Shown here piece after piece: positions 63,656 to 64,000 of a DNA stretch of 64,000 nucleotides. Source of the stretch: Bacteroidales bacterium. Lineage in GTDB: Bacteria; Bacteroidota; Bacteroidia; Bacteroidales; F082. A model generated the notes under the pieces. It saw only the letters and a list, made by a program, of their open reading frames with translations, was not told the origin of the DNA and made no database searches. Made by a program: the position numbers and the translations under genes. Every line of letters begins with the position of its first letter. Position 1 is the stretch's first letter. The stretch lies in assembly GCA_045634185.1 (NCBI GenBank), contig JAZQZR010000015.1, positions 5,940 to 69,939 on the forward strand, written 5' to 3'.

Positions 63656-64000
63656 CTAAAGTTCACTCTCTGCGTCTCTGCGACTTTGCGACTCTGTGTC
63701 TTTCTTAATCTCAACAAAAAACGTTGTTCCTTTCCCGACTTCGCTTTCGAAAGTGATGTTTCCTCCTAATGTCTCCAAAATGTCGTAAACGATGGAAAGT
63801 CCTACTCCCATTCCGCTGGATTTAGTGGTGAAGTTAGGCATGAAGATTTTCTTCTTCTCCTCCTCGCCTATTCCGCATCCGTTGTCACTAATCTCAATTC
63901 TATATCTGCCTCCATTATCCGTTATCCTAAATTCAATGTGGCCGTCTTCTTTTTTGCCGATGGCTTGTATTGCGTTCTTCAGAATGTTTCCAAAGACGAT
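63656..64000 (-). CDS. sensor histidine kinase, C-terminal HATPase_c part (N-terminus outside the window)
   Basis: The frame is open from 64000. N-box NILKNAIQA, G1 DNGCGI, G2 GMGVGLSIV. The tail KKDTESQSRRDAESEL is encoded by a stutter repeat. Confidence 0.85.
   Translation of the reverse strand: MVFGNILKNAIQAIGKKEDGHIEFRITDNGGRYRIEISDNGCGIGEEEKKKIFMPNFTTKSSGMGVGLSIVYDILETLGGNITFESEVGKGTTFFVEIKKDTESQSRRDAESEL

Noticed and set aside
1-64000. A search for defence islands, prophage, integrative elements, toxin-antitoxin pairs, reverse transcriptases, IS elements or transposases
   Set aside because: None of the ORFs of 60 aa or longer shows the hallmark motifs: no DDE, tyrosine or serine recombinase, no RT YxDD, no Cas, and no phage structural genes. 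The only mobile-looking entities are the non-coding repeats reported as findings.

Overview
This looks like a 64-kb chromosomal segment of a Bacteroidota (Bacteroidales-like) genome, moderately AT-rich and made up mostly of housekeeping genes. The phylum call rests on three things: many TAnnTTTG -7 promoter boxes 20-35 nt upstream of start codons, several proteins with type IX secretion (T9SS) C-terminal sorting domains, and the complete MoxR-DUF58-BatABCDE aerotolerance operon (5.9-14.3 kb, minus strand). Recognisable genes are rdgB, ung, an ECF sigma factor, kdsC, maf, lpxB, comEC, tRNA-Asp(GUC), an M20 amidohydrolase, a nucleosidase overlapping ygiQ, recX, a purine permease, prfB with its +1 programmed frameshift, cstA, hisS, hutH, iorAB, an OlsF-like fused acyltransferase, pspC, a CbpA-like J-protein, a TonB-dependent receptor, oligopeptidase B, a GH13 amylase, glgB, zapA, a 6S-RNA-like structured region, rny, and the 3' end of a histidine kinase. 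I saw no rRNA, CRISPR array, transposase, integrase, phage genes or recognisable defence genes. The unusual content is non-genic. (1) Many intergenic spacers are built from a small shared vocabulary of 7-10 nt words that are stuttered and then mirrored into imperfect palindromes. (2) A GC-rich element of about 85-100 nt occurs four times, always next to such stutters. (3) Two copies of that composite form roughly 140-155 nt inverted arms around a single T9SS cargo gene. (4) The same words occur in frame inside coding sequences. The clearest case is seven tandem 72/87-nt hairpin-forming units (178 aa) splitting a THUMP-like SAM methyltransferase. Shorter blocks occur in GlgB, the GH13 amylase, two other methyltransferase sites, and the C-terminal tail of the histidine kinase. 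This resembles in-frame palindromic-element colonisation (as with Rickettsia RPEs) in a Bacteroidota genome, and it is the main candidate for something undescribed. All calls were made by eye from the sequence and ORF track; no searches were run.
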